A DNA stretch of 64,000 nucleotides from NCBI RefSeq assembly GCF_009914755.1, contig NC_060947.1, one strand, 5' to 3'. The notes beneath the pieces are model-generated. The model saw only the letters and a list, made by a program, of their open reading frames with translations, had not been told where the DNA came from and made no database searches. Source of the DNA: the human T2T-CHM13v2.0 reference genome, Homo sapiens. Below, in pieces: positions 1 to 12,020 of this stretch. The stretch's first letter is position 1; each line of letters starts with the position of its first letter. Position numbers and translations under genes: made by a program.

Positions 1-856
1 TTTAAGTTCTGGGATATATTTGCAGAACGTGCAGGTTTGTTACATAGGTATATACGTGCCGTGATGGTTTGCTGCACCCATCAACCCATCGTCTACATTA
101 GGTATTTCTCCTAATACTATCCCTCCCCTAGCCCCCAACATGCCGACAGGCCCCAATGTGTGATGTTCTCCTCCCTGTGTCCATGTGTTCTCATTGTTCA
201 ACTCCCACTTGTTAGTGAGAACATGCAGTGTTTGGTTTTCTGTTCTTGTGTTAGTTTACTGAGAATGATGGTTTCCAGCTTCATCCATGTCCCTGAAAAG
301 GACATGAACTCATCCTTTTTTATGGCTGCATAGTATTCCATGGTGTATATGTGCCACATTTTCTTTATCCAGTCTATCATTGTTGGACATTTGGAATGGT
401 TCCAAGTCTTTGCTATTGTGAACAGTGCCTCAATAAACATAAGTGTGCATGTGTCTTTATAGTAGAATAATTTATAATCCTTTGAGTATATACCCAGTAA
501 TGGGATTGCTGGGTCAAATGGTATTTCTGGTTCTAGATCCTTGAGGAATCACCAAACTGTCTTCCACAATGGTTGAACTAATTTACACTCCCACCAACAG
601 TGTAAAAGCATTCCTATTTCTCCACATCCTCTCCAGCATCTGTTGTTTCCTGACTATAATGATCACCATTCTAACTGGCATGAGATGGTATCTCATTATG
701 GTTTTGATTTGCATTTCTCTAATGACTAGTGATGATGATTTTTTTTTCATATGTTTGTTGGCTGCATAAATATCTTCTTTTGAGAAGTGTCTGTTCATAT
801 CCTTCACCCACTTCTTGATGGGGTTGTTTATTTTTTTCTTGTAAATTTGTTTAAGT
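1..856 (-). mobile_element. L1PA (approx. L1PA7/8-like) 3' end, non-inverted part; tail runs off the left window edge
   Basis: L1 3'UTR and ORF2 C-terminal translation (WIKKMWHIYTMEYYAAIKKDEFMSF) on the minus strand. Confidence 0.93.
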
Positions 857-1331
857 GACCAGTGGAACAGAACAGAGGCCTCAGAAATAACACCACACGT
901 CTACAACCATCTGATCTTTGACAAACCTGACAAAAACAAGCAATGGGGAAAGGATTCCCTATTTAATAAATGGTGTTGGGAAAACTGGCTAGCCATGTGC
1001 AGAAAACTTAAACTGGACCCCTTCCTTACACCTTATACAAAAATTAACTCAAGATGGATTAGACTTAAACGTAAGACCTAAATCCATAAAAACCCTAGAA
1101 AAAAACCTAGGCAATATCACTCAGGACATAGGCATGGGCAAAGACTTAGGAATAAAACACCAAAAGCAATGGCAACAAAAGCCAAAATTGACAAATGGGA
1201 TCTAATTAAACTAAAGAGCTTCTGCACAGCAAAAGAAACTATCATCAGAGTGAACAGGCAACCTACAGAATGGGAGAAAATTTTTGCAATGTATCCATCT
1301 GACAAAAGGCTAATATCCAGAATCTATAAAG
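857..1331 (+). mobile_element. Inverted 5' segment of the same L1PA insertion (ORF2 fragment)
   Basis: Plus-strand L1 ORF2 sequence gaccagtggaacagaac...aatatccagaatctataaag; its end is contiguous in the L1 consensus with the start of the minus segment (acttaaacaaatttacaag). Confidence 0.9.
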
Positions 1332-1344
1332 GGATTATTTTTTA

Positions 1345-1455
1345 AAACATTCAATCCAAGAGAAGGCAGGAAAAGAGAAAATTGATCTAAGGAATAGATG
1401 AGTCAAAGAGAAACAATAGAAAAGTAGCAAATTTAAGTCCTTCCATGGTTAATTG
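1345..1455 (+). mobile_element. Old L1M fragment (inter-ORF/ORF2 start), left half, split by Tigger1
   Basis: A-rich L1M-like sequence that appears to continue at 4481. Confidence 0.55.
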
Positions 1456-4400
1456 CAGGCGTACCTCAGAGATATTGTGGGTTTGGTGCCAAACCATTAG
1501 AATAAAGTGAAAATTGCAGTAGAGCAAATCACACAAATTTTTAGGTTTTTCAGTACATATAAAAGTTATGTTTACATTCTAATAAGTATGCAATATCATT
1601 ATATCCAAAAATGTACATACCTGAATTTAAAAATACTGTATTGCTAATAAATGCTAACCATCATCTGAGCCTTAAGTGAGTCGTAGTCTTTTTGCTGGCG
1701 GAGGGTCTTGCCTTATGCTGATGGCTGTGGCAGTTTCTTTTTCTTTTTTTTTTTTAAGTTGTTATTAGCTTTATTTTTTTTTCAGGTTTTCTTTTTTTAT
1801 TATACTTTAAGTTCTAGGGTACATGTGCACAATGTGCAGGTTTGTTACATATGTATACATGTGCCATGTTAGTGTGCTGCACCCATTAACTCGTCATTTA
1901 CATTAGGTATATCTCCTAATGCTATCCCTCCCCCCACCGCCCACCCCATGACAGGCCCCAGTGCTTGATGTTCCCTACCCTGTGTCCAAGTGTTCTCATT
2001 GTTCAATTCCCACCTATGAGTGAGAACATGCGGTGTTTGGTTTTCTGCCCTTGGGATAGTTTGCTCAGAATGATGGTTTCCAGCTTCATCCATGTCCTTA
2101 AAAAGGACATGAACTCATCCTTTTTTATGGCTACATAGTATTCCATGGTGTATATGTGCCACATTTTCTTAATCCAGTCTATCATTGATGGACATTTGGG
2201 TTGGTTCCAAGTCTTTGCTATTGTGAATACTGCCACAGTAAACATACGTGTGCATGTGTCTTTATAGCAGCATGATTTATAATCCTTTGGGTATATACCT
2301 AGAAATGGGATGGCTGGGTCAAATGATATTTCTAGTTCTAGATCCCTGAGGAATCGGCTTTGGCAGTTTCCTAAAATAAGACAGCAATAAATTTTGCCAC
2401 ATCAGTTGACTTTTCCTTTCAGGAAAGATTTCTCTGTAGCATGTGATGCTGTTTGACAGCATTTTACCCAGAGTAGAACTTCTTTCAAAATTGGAGTCAC
2501 TCCTTTCAAAAATTGACACTACTTTATCTATTATGCTAAGCTTATGTAATATTCTAAATTCTTTATTTTCATTTTAACAGTGTTCACGACATCTTCACCA
2601 GGAATAGATTCAATCTCAAAAAAACCACCTTTGTTCATTTGTAAGAAGCAACTCTTCGTCCATTCAAGTTTTATGATGAGATTGCAGCAATTTAGTAACA
2701 TCTTCAGACTCCACTTCTAATTCTAGTTCTCCTGCCATTTCCACCACTTCTGCAGTTACTTCCTACCCTAAAGTGTTGAACACCTCAAAGTCATCTATGG
2801 GGTTTGGAATCAATTTCTTCTAAACTCCTGTTCATGTTGATATTTTGGCCTCCTTCCATAAATCACAAATACTTTAAATGGCATCTAGAATGGTGAATCC
2901 TTTCCAGAAGGTTTTCAAATTTCCAGGAGGTTTTCAGTTTTCACTTTTGCCCAGATCCATCAGAGGAATCACTATGGTAGCTATAGCCTTATGAAATGCA
3001 TTTCTTAAGAATTAAGACTTGAAAGTCAGAATTACTCCTTGATCCATGGGCTTCTGAATGGTTTTGTGTTTGCAGGCACGAAAACAACATTGAACTCCTT
3101 GATGGAACTCCGTCAGAGCTCCTGGTCATCAGAGCTCCTGAGTGACCAGGTGCATTGTCAATAAGCAGTAATATTTTGAGGGGAATCTTTTTATCTGAGC
3201 AGTAGTTCTCAATAGTGGGCTTAAAATATTCAGTAAACCATACTATAAACAGATGTGCTGTCATTGAGGCTTTGTTCCATTTCTAGAGCACAGGCAGAGT
3301 AGATTTAGCATAATTCTTAAGGGCCCCAGGACTTTTGGAATGGTAAATGAGCATTGGTTTCAACTTAAAGTCATCAGCTGCATTAGCCCCTAAGAAGAGA
3401 GTCAGCCTGCCCGTTGAAGATTTAAAGCCAGGCATTGACTTTTCCTCTCTAACTATGAAAGTCTTAGATGGCATCTTCTTCCAATACAAAGCTATTTTAT
3501 CTCCATTGAAAATCTGTTGTTCAGTGTAGCCACCTTCATCAGTTATCTTAGCTGGATTTTCTGAATAACTTGCAGCTTCTACATCAGAACTTGCTGCCTC
3601 ACCTTGCACTTTTATGTTATGGAGATAGCTTCTTTCTTAAACCTCATGAACCAATCTCTGCTAGCTTCCAACTTTTCTTCTCCAGCTTCCTCACTTATCT
3701 TAGCCTTCATAGAATTGAAGAGAGTTAGGTTAGGGCCTTGCTAGGAATTAGGCTTTGGCCTTAGGGAATATTGTTGTGGCTAGCATGATATTCTATTCAG
3801 ACCACCAAAACTTTCTTTAGATCAGCAATAAGGCTGTTTCAGTTTGTTATCATTCATGTGTTCACTAGAATAGCACTTTTACTTTCCTTCAAGAACTTTT
3901 ACATTGCACTCTCAACTTGGCTAATTGTTTGGCTCAGAAGGCCTTAGTTTTCAGCCTATCTTGTTTTTTAACATGCCTTCCTCACTAAACTAAATTGTTT
4001 CTAGCTTTTGATTTGAAATGAGAGATGTGTGACTCTCCTTTCACTTGAACACTTAGAAAACATTATAAGGTTATTCATTGGCCTAATTTCAATATTATTT
4101 TGTCTTAGGGAGTAGGGAGACTTGAGGAAAAGAGGATAGACAGGGAAATGGCCAGTAATTGGGGCAGTTAGAACACACACAGTATTTTTCAATTAAGTTT
4201 GCTATCTCACATGGGTGTGGTTTGTGGCGCCTCAAAACAATTACAATAGTAGCATCAGAGATCAGTAATCACAGGTCACCATAATATATATAATAATTTA
4301 AAAGTTTGAAATATTGTGATAATTACCAAAACGTGACGCAGAGACACAAAATGAACATATGCTGTTTAAAAAATGTCACCAATAGACTTGCTCAACACAG

Positions 4401-4480
4401 GGTTCCCACAGACCTTCAATTTGCAAAAAAATGCAATATCTGTGAAGCACAATAAAGTGCATTAAAACAAGGTATGCCTT
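1456..4480 (-). mobile_element. Full-length Tigger1 (TcMar-Tigger/pogo) DNA transposon with disrupted transposase
   Basis: TIRs caggcgtacctc (1456) and aaggtatgcctt (4469-4480) with TA at 4481; about 2.4 kb after removing the L1 insert; minus-strand ORF fragments 3283-3609 ([12 protein letters not shown]...QIFNGD...[11 protein letters not shown]) and 2989-3264 ([11 protein letters not shown]) match the Tigger1/TIGD1 DDE domain. Confidence 0.93.
1738..2355 (-). mobile_element. 5'-truncated L1PA (approx. L1PA4/5) inserted into Tigger1
   Basis: L1 3' end with poly(T) at left; TSD GGCTGTGGCAGTTTC (1723-1737) / GGCTTTGGCAGTTTC (2356-2370). Confidence 0.92.
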
Positions 4481-4700
4481 TATATTAAAATAAATAGCAT
4501 AAATACCCCAAGTAAAAAGTGGAGATTATCATATTGGATACAAAAGTAAGACCCAACCATATACCATCTAAAAGAAAACCAATTTAAATGTAAAGATATG
4601 ATATAAAAAGATGGAAAAGCACATACCATACAAAAGAAAACTTGAGTGTCTACACTTATATCAGAAAAGTAGATTTCTGATACAATCAACTATAACTGGA
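4481..4700 (+). mobile_element. Old L1M ORF2 endonuclease-region fragment, right half
   Basis: aagacccaaccatataccatctaaaagaaaaccaatttaaatgtaaaga... resembles the L1 EN region. Confidence 0.65.
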
Positions 4701-5304
4701 TATTGATAAAAATTTAAAGTAGAGAAATGAGAAGAGTCAAGGATCCCTCAATTACCTACTCCTTGTCTCTTTTTGACAAACTCAGTATTCCAGCTGGAGT
4801 AGGCATTTGTATTAGGGAGAGACTCATGCACCTCCCCACTTTGTTAGAATAGATATGCTGCAACCACCATTTGAGAATAATTTGACAATACCTAATTTGT
4901 TGGGAATGTGTTACACTCTGTGACCTAGAAATTCCATTTATGTCTTTGGCCACATAGGAAGACACATTCCAAGATTTTCACTGGAAAATTATTTATAATA
5001 GGGAAAATTAAAAGCTAAATGTTAATTAACAGATGATTATAAATATAGCATATTAATATACTGTAATATTATATTGCAGTTTTAATGAATGAATTAGATC
5101 TATATGTGTCAACATGGTCACTAATGTATTCCCAGGTAGTTTCATGATAACTTTGGCTTTTTAGATGCTTGTAAATTCAAAAGTCATTCATTTTGTGAAT
5201 ACACAATTAATATGTTTGTGTGGTTTGTTTGTGCTTATATCTAGTAACTCAGACATACACTTGAAAAGTTAACAGTAACACAAGGCATTACAGGTAGCCT
5301 CTGA

Positions 5305-5711
<407 letters not shown>

Positions 5712-7256
5712 GCCTCTATCAACCTACCACTCTTATCCACGTAATGAAATGCTTGGAGTAGATTTAAAAAAAAAATTCACGATGCCTACGTACATACGTT
5801 TGAACTGCATTCTTTTTTTAACCTTACGACCTAAATGTAAATGTTCCTCATTAAAACATTGAACCAATCTCACCAGAAATAAGAGTAAAATAGATAATTG
5901 AAATAATAGAATGAAAATTATAATTGTAAAATATAAAAATATAATTTTGCTAAGTAATTAACCTATATTTTAGCTATGCATTAAGCTTAAAATATAACAT
6001 GTTTCATATAGTAATTTTATTAATATTCAAAAAAAACTAGTTCATGATTTTCCATCTTATTTTTAGAAAAACCTGAGCTCTAGATATATTTTGTCTCTTT
6101 CCTATTTATTGTCTTTGATTTGTTACTATTCACAACCAATAACTGCCAATGTCTCCTGTATTGATTTCATACTGATTTGTATTACTTAATTATGAAGATA
6201 CAATTGAGGTAGGTAATTGTAGTCCCCAGTTACTAAAATAAAAAAATAAAGCATGTTTCTTTAGAGGAATTTTTCATATAAACATTTGTACCTTGGCAGT
6301 CCTTAATATTAACACTCAAATAAGAAAATATGCATAGAAAATATTCTGGCTTTTTCCAAACAGATCAATCATATAATTGTTTTCTATAAGGTAGATGTAA
6401 ATACTTAATTTTTAAAAATTAGAATAGCATATCACTTTTTCTTTTGCATGCTGTATTCTAAAATAAGTCAAGCAGGAATGTTTAATATGGGTTAGATCAT
6501 TGCAATAGCTACTAATTGTTGTTCTGATTATGTACTTTTATTAGTTTGAGAAGAGATTTACTTCTAGAAGATACAAAAGATGAAGTCATTTCCCAATCAT
6601 CAATTTAGTCCTACTAACTCTTTTTCTCAGCTTTGATTTATTCCTTTTGATCTTTTCGTGTGTGACTAAGTTTTTTATCCCTTTTGTTATCAATCATTAT
6701 TATAGGAATTTGTGTGTTCATCAACTGAATTTTTAGTTTAAAAAACTCTTTTGTAGTATTGCAATATTTTAAATTCCTGGTAAGAAGTATGTGTTCAACT
6801 TCTTCATCTTCCCTTACAACTCAAACTAATACTTTACCTTGTAATACATTTTCAATAAGTCTCCAGCTAGGCTTAAGAAACCAAGCAAGTACTCTGGGAA
6901 TATGTAATAAAGTCTGATAATCAGAAGTAGTATTTTAACCATACTGAAACCTTGCTATTGCAGCCACCTTCTGCCTCAGCAAGGTTTTTTATGCTAGGAT
7001 AAGAATACCAGGACATAGGCAAGAAAGAAAGTCAGCAACTTTGGTAAACTCTTAAGCTGTCAGCCTATCTCAGCTAGCAGAACTGTTGTTCCAAAATCAA
7101 TTTTTTTTTCTGATTTTACAGTGTTTCCGATTCTACCATGGTACATTATTTAATCAAAGTATTACTTGTACCAAATTCCTTAACACAATGTCTGGCACAT
7201 AATAGGTGTTCTGTAATTGTTTGTTGAATGGATGAACGAATGTCATAATGTATACG

Positions 7257-7603
7257 TGTATTAGTCTGTTCTCACACTGCTATAAATGACTGCCTGAGAC
7301 TGGGTAATTTACGAAGAAAAGAGGTTTAATTGGCTCACAGTTCCACATGGCTGGGGAGGCCTCAGGAAACCTACAATCATGCCAGGCACGTCTTATATGG
7401 TGGCAGGCAAGAGAGACAATGTGTGCAGGAAGAAATGTCAAACACTTATAAAACCATCAGATCTCGTGGGAACTATCTCATTTTCATGAGAACAGCATGG
7501 GAGAACCACCCCCATGATCCAATCACCTCTCACTAGGTCTCTCCCTCAACACCTGGGGACTCAAGATAAGTTTTGGGTAGGAATACAAAGCCTAACCATA
7601 TCA
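7257..7603 (-). mobile_element. MaLR solo LTR (THE1D/MST-like)
   Basis: tgtattagtctgttctcacactgctataaa...aaccatatca with TG..CA termini; near-TSD atacg (7252-7256) / ataag (7604-7608). Confidence 0.88.
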
Positions 7604-7781
7604 ATAAGGGATAAATTATATTCTGCATTAGAAACTTAATGTGTTAGATTTTAATCATACATAAATGATAATTTGATTTGATGATAGAGAACAACAAAAA
7701 TTGAGGGGGTCTTTCATCTCAATTTCGTTCCCTTTTTGTTTTCCATAAAGGAGTGTCATATATAATAAATAAATGGCCCCT

Positions 7782-7969
7782 TTGTTTTTCGTTTTTGTTT
7801 TGTTTTTTTTTCTTGTTTTTTTTTTTTGGTTTTTTTGTTTTGTTTTGTTTTTTAGTGACAGGTCTCTCTATGTTAACTAGGCTGGTCTTGAACTCCTGGC
7901 TTCAAGTGATCCTCCTGCCTCAGCCTCCAAAAATGCTGAGATTACAGGCATGAGCCACCATGCCCAACC
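7782..7969 (-). mobile_element. FLAM/Alu monomer with long T/GT-rich tail
   Basis: Antisense left-arm Alu sequence; TSD taaatggcccct at 7770-7781 and 7972-7983. Confidence 0.85.
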
Positions 7970-8457
7970 CCTAAATGGCCCCTCTGAAGGAGAGAAGTAA
8001 TGAAGAAGGAGACTGTATTTGTTCAGTTTACTTTTAGCAGAGATTAACAAAAGTTTATTTTAGGCTCAAATTTCCACCAAGAGTGAGTGATCTCTAATCA
8101 TGAATTTAATTTAATTTGAATTTGTCACTGAATATAAAAAGAACATATGTTTAAGAGCTTTTAGAACATTTAGAAAAAGTAGAAAGAACGTAATTACAAA
8201 TCTACATAATTACAACAACAGAGAAAACAATGTCACTTTAGTATTTTACGGTAAAAGTTTATTTTGAAAGTGAATTTAGTTCCTCACTTTAATAAGAATT
8301 TTCTTTTGTATATTCATTTTATATTTTGTAGGTAGTGGTTTGATTTTTAATGTTACTTAAACTCTTCCTCATTAATGTGTGGTTTTTTTTTGCAGTGAAT
8401 GACTTGATTTGATTAGTTTATAGATCAATTGTGTCTATCTCCTTGTGTCTTTAACAG

Positions 8458-8748
8458 GTCGAGCAAATATAAATGCTAATCTGCAAGGGAAAGCCAGAAA
8501 AACTATAAGTGATAGGTGGGAGAGTCAGCTGTGGAGAGAGAAAAAGTTTGGCTTAATAGATCACCTACACTACAGCCGTGTTTATCCTGAAAGTATTCCA
8601 CGGAAATTTATGTTTGAACACAGAAAGTTTCTTAGTGACCAGTATAATTCTCAGCCTGCGAAATATGTACCACCAGAAGGAAGGCCCCCAAAACTTGATG
8701 ATTTTAAGAGCGCCCGAAGCCTTGGACATTTTGAAGTAACCATACTAG
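8458..8748 (+). CDS. RADX: RADX (RPA1-related ssDNA-binding protein, CXorf57) internal coding exon, 291 bp, phase 1-1
   Basis: ttaacag|GT acceptor and CTAG|gtaagt donor; open frame [14 protein letters not shown]...GHFEVTIL recognised as the RADX C-terminal region; splices in frame to the next exon. Confidence 0.93.
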
Positions 8749-9607
8749 GTAAGTTCACTGTTCTTTTTGCATATCATTAATTTAACATATTTTAAATATA
8801 CCTACTATTTCGCTTTAAAAATTTAAGCCCCTCCCACAAAAACATTAAGCCCAAGGGAAGTTTTTGTTTGGCTCCAACAAAAGGAATGGAGCACCAATTA
8901 TGGAATAAATGAAGCTCTAATTGTGTGCTTCTAAACATTGGCAAGTCCTTGGAAGGTATCTGGCGAGAGAAGAATGGGAGAACTAAGGGAATTTTCCTCA
9001 TTCCTGACTATCAGTCAGCTTCTAAGGCAGCTTCTGTTCTCCCTTAGCCACCACTTTCTTGCCTATATTCTCTGCTTCTTCATTCATCGGAACCACTGAA
9101 GGGTAAAGTGTAAGTTAAAGAGGAGAAAGAATACTAATCAAAAGAAGCCCCTACCAAAAAAAAAAAAAAAGGAAGAAAAAAAGGTCTGTTTAGACCCTCA
9201 AGATAATAAAATAATCAAGTAACTGAGGTTGACTAGAAATAAGTTATTGAAAAAACTGCCCTTGTCTGATAAGAGAAAATAAGCTGATTTACCCAGGTTT
9301 TTCAAAATTGAGAGGTAGCTATGGAACTTACAGAAATTTAAAGAAGTCAAAACATTTTAAAACTTAGTTTTTTTTTTTTGTTTCGGAAAGATGAAAAATT
9401 TACACACAAAAAAATTCTAAAACAAAATCTTAGTTAAAATGACTCTCAGAGTCAAGCAAAACAATGCATTTGTATTTCACAGGAAGATCTTAGTACCAGG
9501 TCTTATTACCTTAAAATGAAGGAATGAGGAAAAAATTATTAGCAAATTAACTTAATGACCGAATAATGTAGTTCATGGATTTTTACATTTGTAGTACTGG
9601 ACATCTT

Positions 9608-9643
9608 GGCCGGTTAGCTCAGTTGGTGAGAGCGTGGTGCTAA
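9608..9643 (+). pseudogene. 5' half of tRNA-Ile(AAT); truncated retrocopy, not a functional tRNA
   Basis: GGCCGGTTAGCTCAGTTGGTGAGAGCGTGGTGCTAA matches the tRNA-Ile-AAT 5' half with one mismatch and ends in the anticodon loop; no T-arm/B box. Confidence 0.88.
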
Positions 9644-9953
9644 CATTTGCAGTCCTTGGATGAATTGCCTTGACCTTTATCAAGATTCTCTTTTCCCTTT
9701 TATTCTCTCCCAATCCCTCTTCCCTACCTCCTCACATATAAATATGTACAGACATGTGAGTATGTATGTAATCTATGAAAAGTCTGAATTCTCACTGACT
9801 CCATTAGACAATCACAGACCTAAGTTTCAAATGCTTTTTCACTAGAATGTATTACTTGGTCTCTTCAAGTAGTTCATCAACTTTAGTTTTGTATCTAGGG
9901 AACAAAAATTATAGCAAAATTTCCCATCCATCAAAAAAATAATAATCATGGAT

Positions 9954-10222
9954 AATAGATACAAAAATTTAGAAATAATGCGTAAGACCTACAATTTTGT
10001 AGCAGAATAAGGTGACTATGGTCAATAATAATTTAATTGTACATTTTAAAATAACTAAAAGAGTATAATTGCATCATTTGTAACTCAAAGGATAAATGCT
10101 TGAGGAGATGGATACCCCATTTACCCTGATGTGATTTTTACATATTGCATGCCTATATCAAAATATCTCATGTACCCCATAAATATATACACTTATATAC
10201 CCACAACATTAAAAATTAAAAA
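9954..10222 (+). mobile_element. L1MA (approx. L1MA2-4) 3' end fragment
   Basis: Typical L1MA 3'UTR (ataaatgcttgaggagatggataccccatttaccctgatgtgat...); similar to 36240-36490. Confidence 0.85.
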
Positions 10223-11680
10223 GGTAACCATGGAAATGATGAGTTCATCTAGAAACATAGAACTTGAATTTTTTTCTTACTTTTAACATGTTAGTGCTCT
10301 ATTAAAACAGCTTGACTAAGACTTCTCAGCTGTATTACATGTAATTATAAATTTGTGTAGCTTTGGCTATGAGTCAGCTAAGAGCAGGAATCAAATGTGA
10401 AGAAGGAAATTTCATCATTCCTCCCACTAGCTTTAATCCATGTTAGAAGTATGCTGTTTCTATATAAATTTTATATCCTACATTTTTCCAAGTATGGTTT
10501 ACATAGTTAAAAGACAGTGGAAAATAAGCCATTTATGAATGAAACAAAACAGAACATTTTAAAGGAAGCGCAAAAGTAGGTATTACTAGGTACTTGCAAA
10601 TAACCAAATTTCTACCATTGGCAATAATTTTCTGTGCTTTCTGGCAGGAAGGGAGAAGGGTTTTTTTTTTTTCAATTGTTATTGTTTTTTTTCTGATGAG
10701 ATATTTAATTTTAAAACCAAACAAACCTTGGATATCTTCTAGTCTTACCCTTGGCTAGGTAAAAGCCAGGCCATGATTATAAATCAGATCTCCTGATTCT
10801 CTAAACGTATCATCTGTTGCAGAGAAAACAATTACATAGAGGAACCCTGCTATTTTTTCTCTCAAACAAAATTCAAGTCCGAATTAACTGTATGAAACTT
10901 CAACTGTAGTTTTTTTAAAAAGTTATGTAAATGATCTTCAGATAGTTGCTTCGTGCATCAACATTTTAATATACCTAATCAGTATAATCATTAGTCATAC
11001 CTTAATAAAGCATTTCTATAAAGGAATATATTTTCACTTTATTATTATATAATCCAAGTACTTCACGCTCTAATAGTTTAACTTAATGGAGGGATAAAAC
11101 CTAGAGGGCTGGGATAAATGGTACTGGATCCAGTGATTCTCATACAGTCTCGGTGGGAGGGGGTAGCTTATCAAAGTCATCTACAAGAGGCCTATTCCTA
11201 CTTCTTAGAATTCTGATACACACTAGAGAAGCAGCCCATTCAGTCTACTCCATTCATAAGAGAGACTTATTGCCACAGAGATAATTCCACTGCCAAGAAC
11301 ACATCCTGTCCATCAGGTGTAAAGGAGTAGATTAAAGGTTGAAAACTCTATGCTTTAAGTAGTACTTGAAGTATACATTGTCTATACTTCAAGTACTATC
11401 TGTATTCATATCTTCATTCATTCAGGTACTATCTACATCTATACTTCAAGTACTACTTAGAATGAGAGCTGAATATCGGATGTGACAGTGCTGAATTTGT
11501 CATATCTTTTAGAAAAGTATGAACCCAAGTTGTATTATAAGACCAGACAAATGGTTCATATATATTTTAAGCATGGACATGAGCAATAAACTCAGAAGAG
11601 AGGAATAAATCTCTTATTACTGTGCTATTTGTTGAAAGGTAGAATCCCAAAACTGAAAGATGACTTTAAGTGTATCTTAT

Positions 11681-12020
11681 ACAAGGTGGCACACTTGGTC
11701 AGTAAAGGGCCAAGTAGTAAATGTTTGAGGTTTTACAGGCCATACAATTTCTTTTGCAACTACTCAGCTCTGCTGTATTAATGTGAAAGCAACCATTGAC
11801 AATATGCAAATGAATGCACATGGCTGTTTGAAAAAAACTTTATGTACACTAAAATTTGAATTTCATATTTTCATGTATCATAAAATATTGTTCTTTTGAT
11901 TTTTTTAACTATTTAAAAATGTGAAAGCTATTCTTAGCTCATGGAATGTACAAAACCAGGGGCAGGCTGAATTTCCACCCCCTCCCCCAACCCCCCGGTC
12001 ATAGTTTACCCTGTTCTAGA
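11681..12020 (+). mobile_element. MER58B-like hAT-Charlie MITE
   Basis: aagggccaagtagtaaat...caactactcagctctgc...ttcttagctcatgg motif pattern. Confidence 0.7.

Noticed and set aside
2900-3140. Short duplications in Tigger1 (tttccagaaggttttca x2; tcagagctcctg x2)
   Set aside because: Ordinary slippage in neutral DNA
2989-3609. Possible domesticated TIGD-like transposase gene
   Set aside because: Frame is broken by stops and frameshifts inside an ordinary Tigger1 copy
9608-9680. Functional tRNA-Ile gene
   Set aside because: The 3' half (T arm, B box, acceptor 3' strand) is missing
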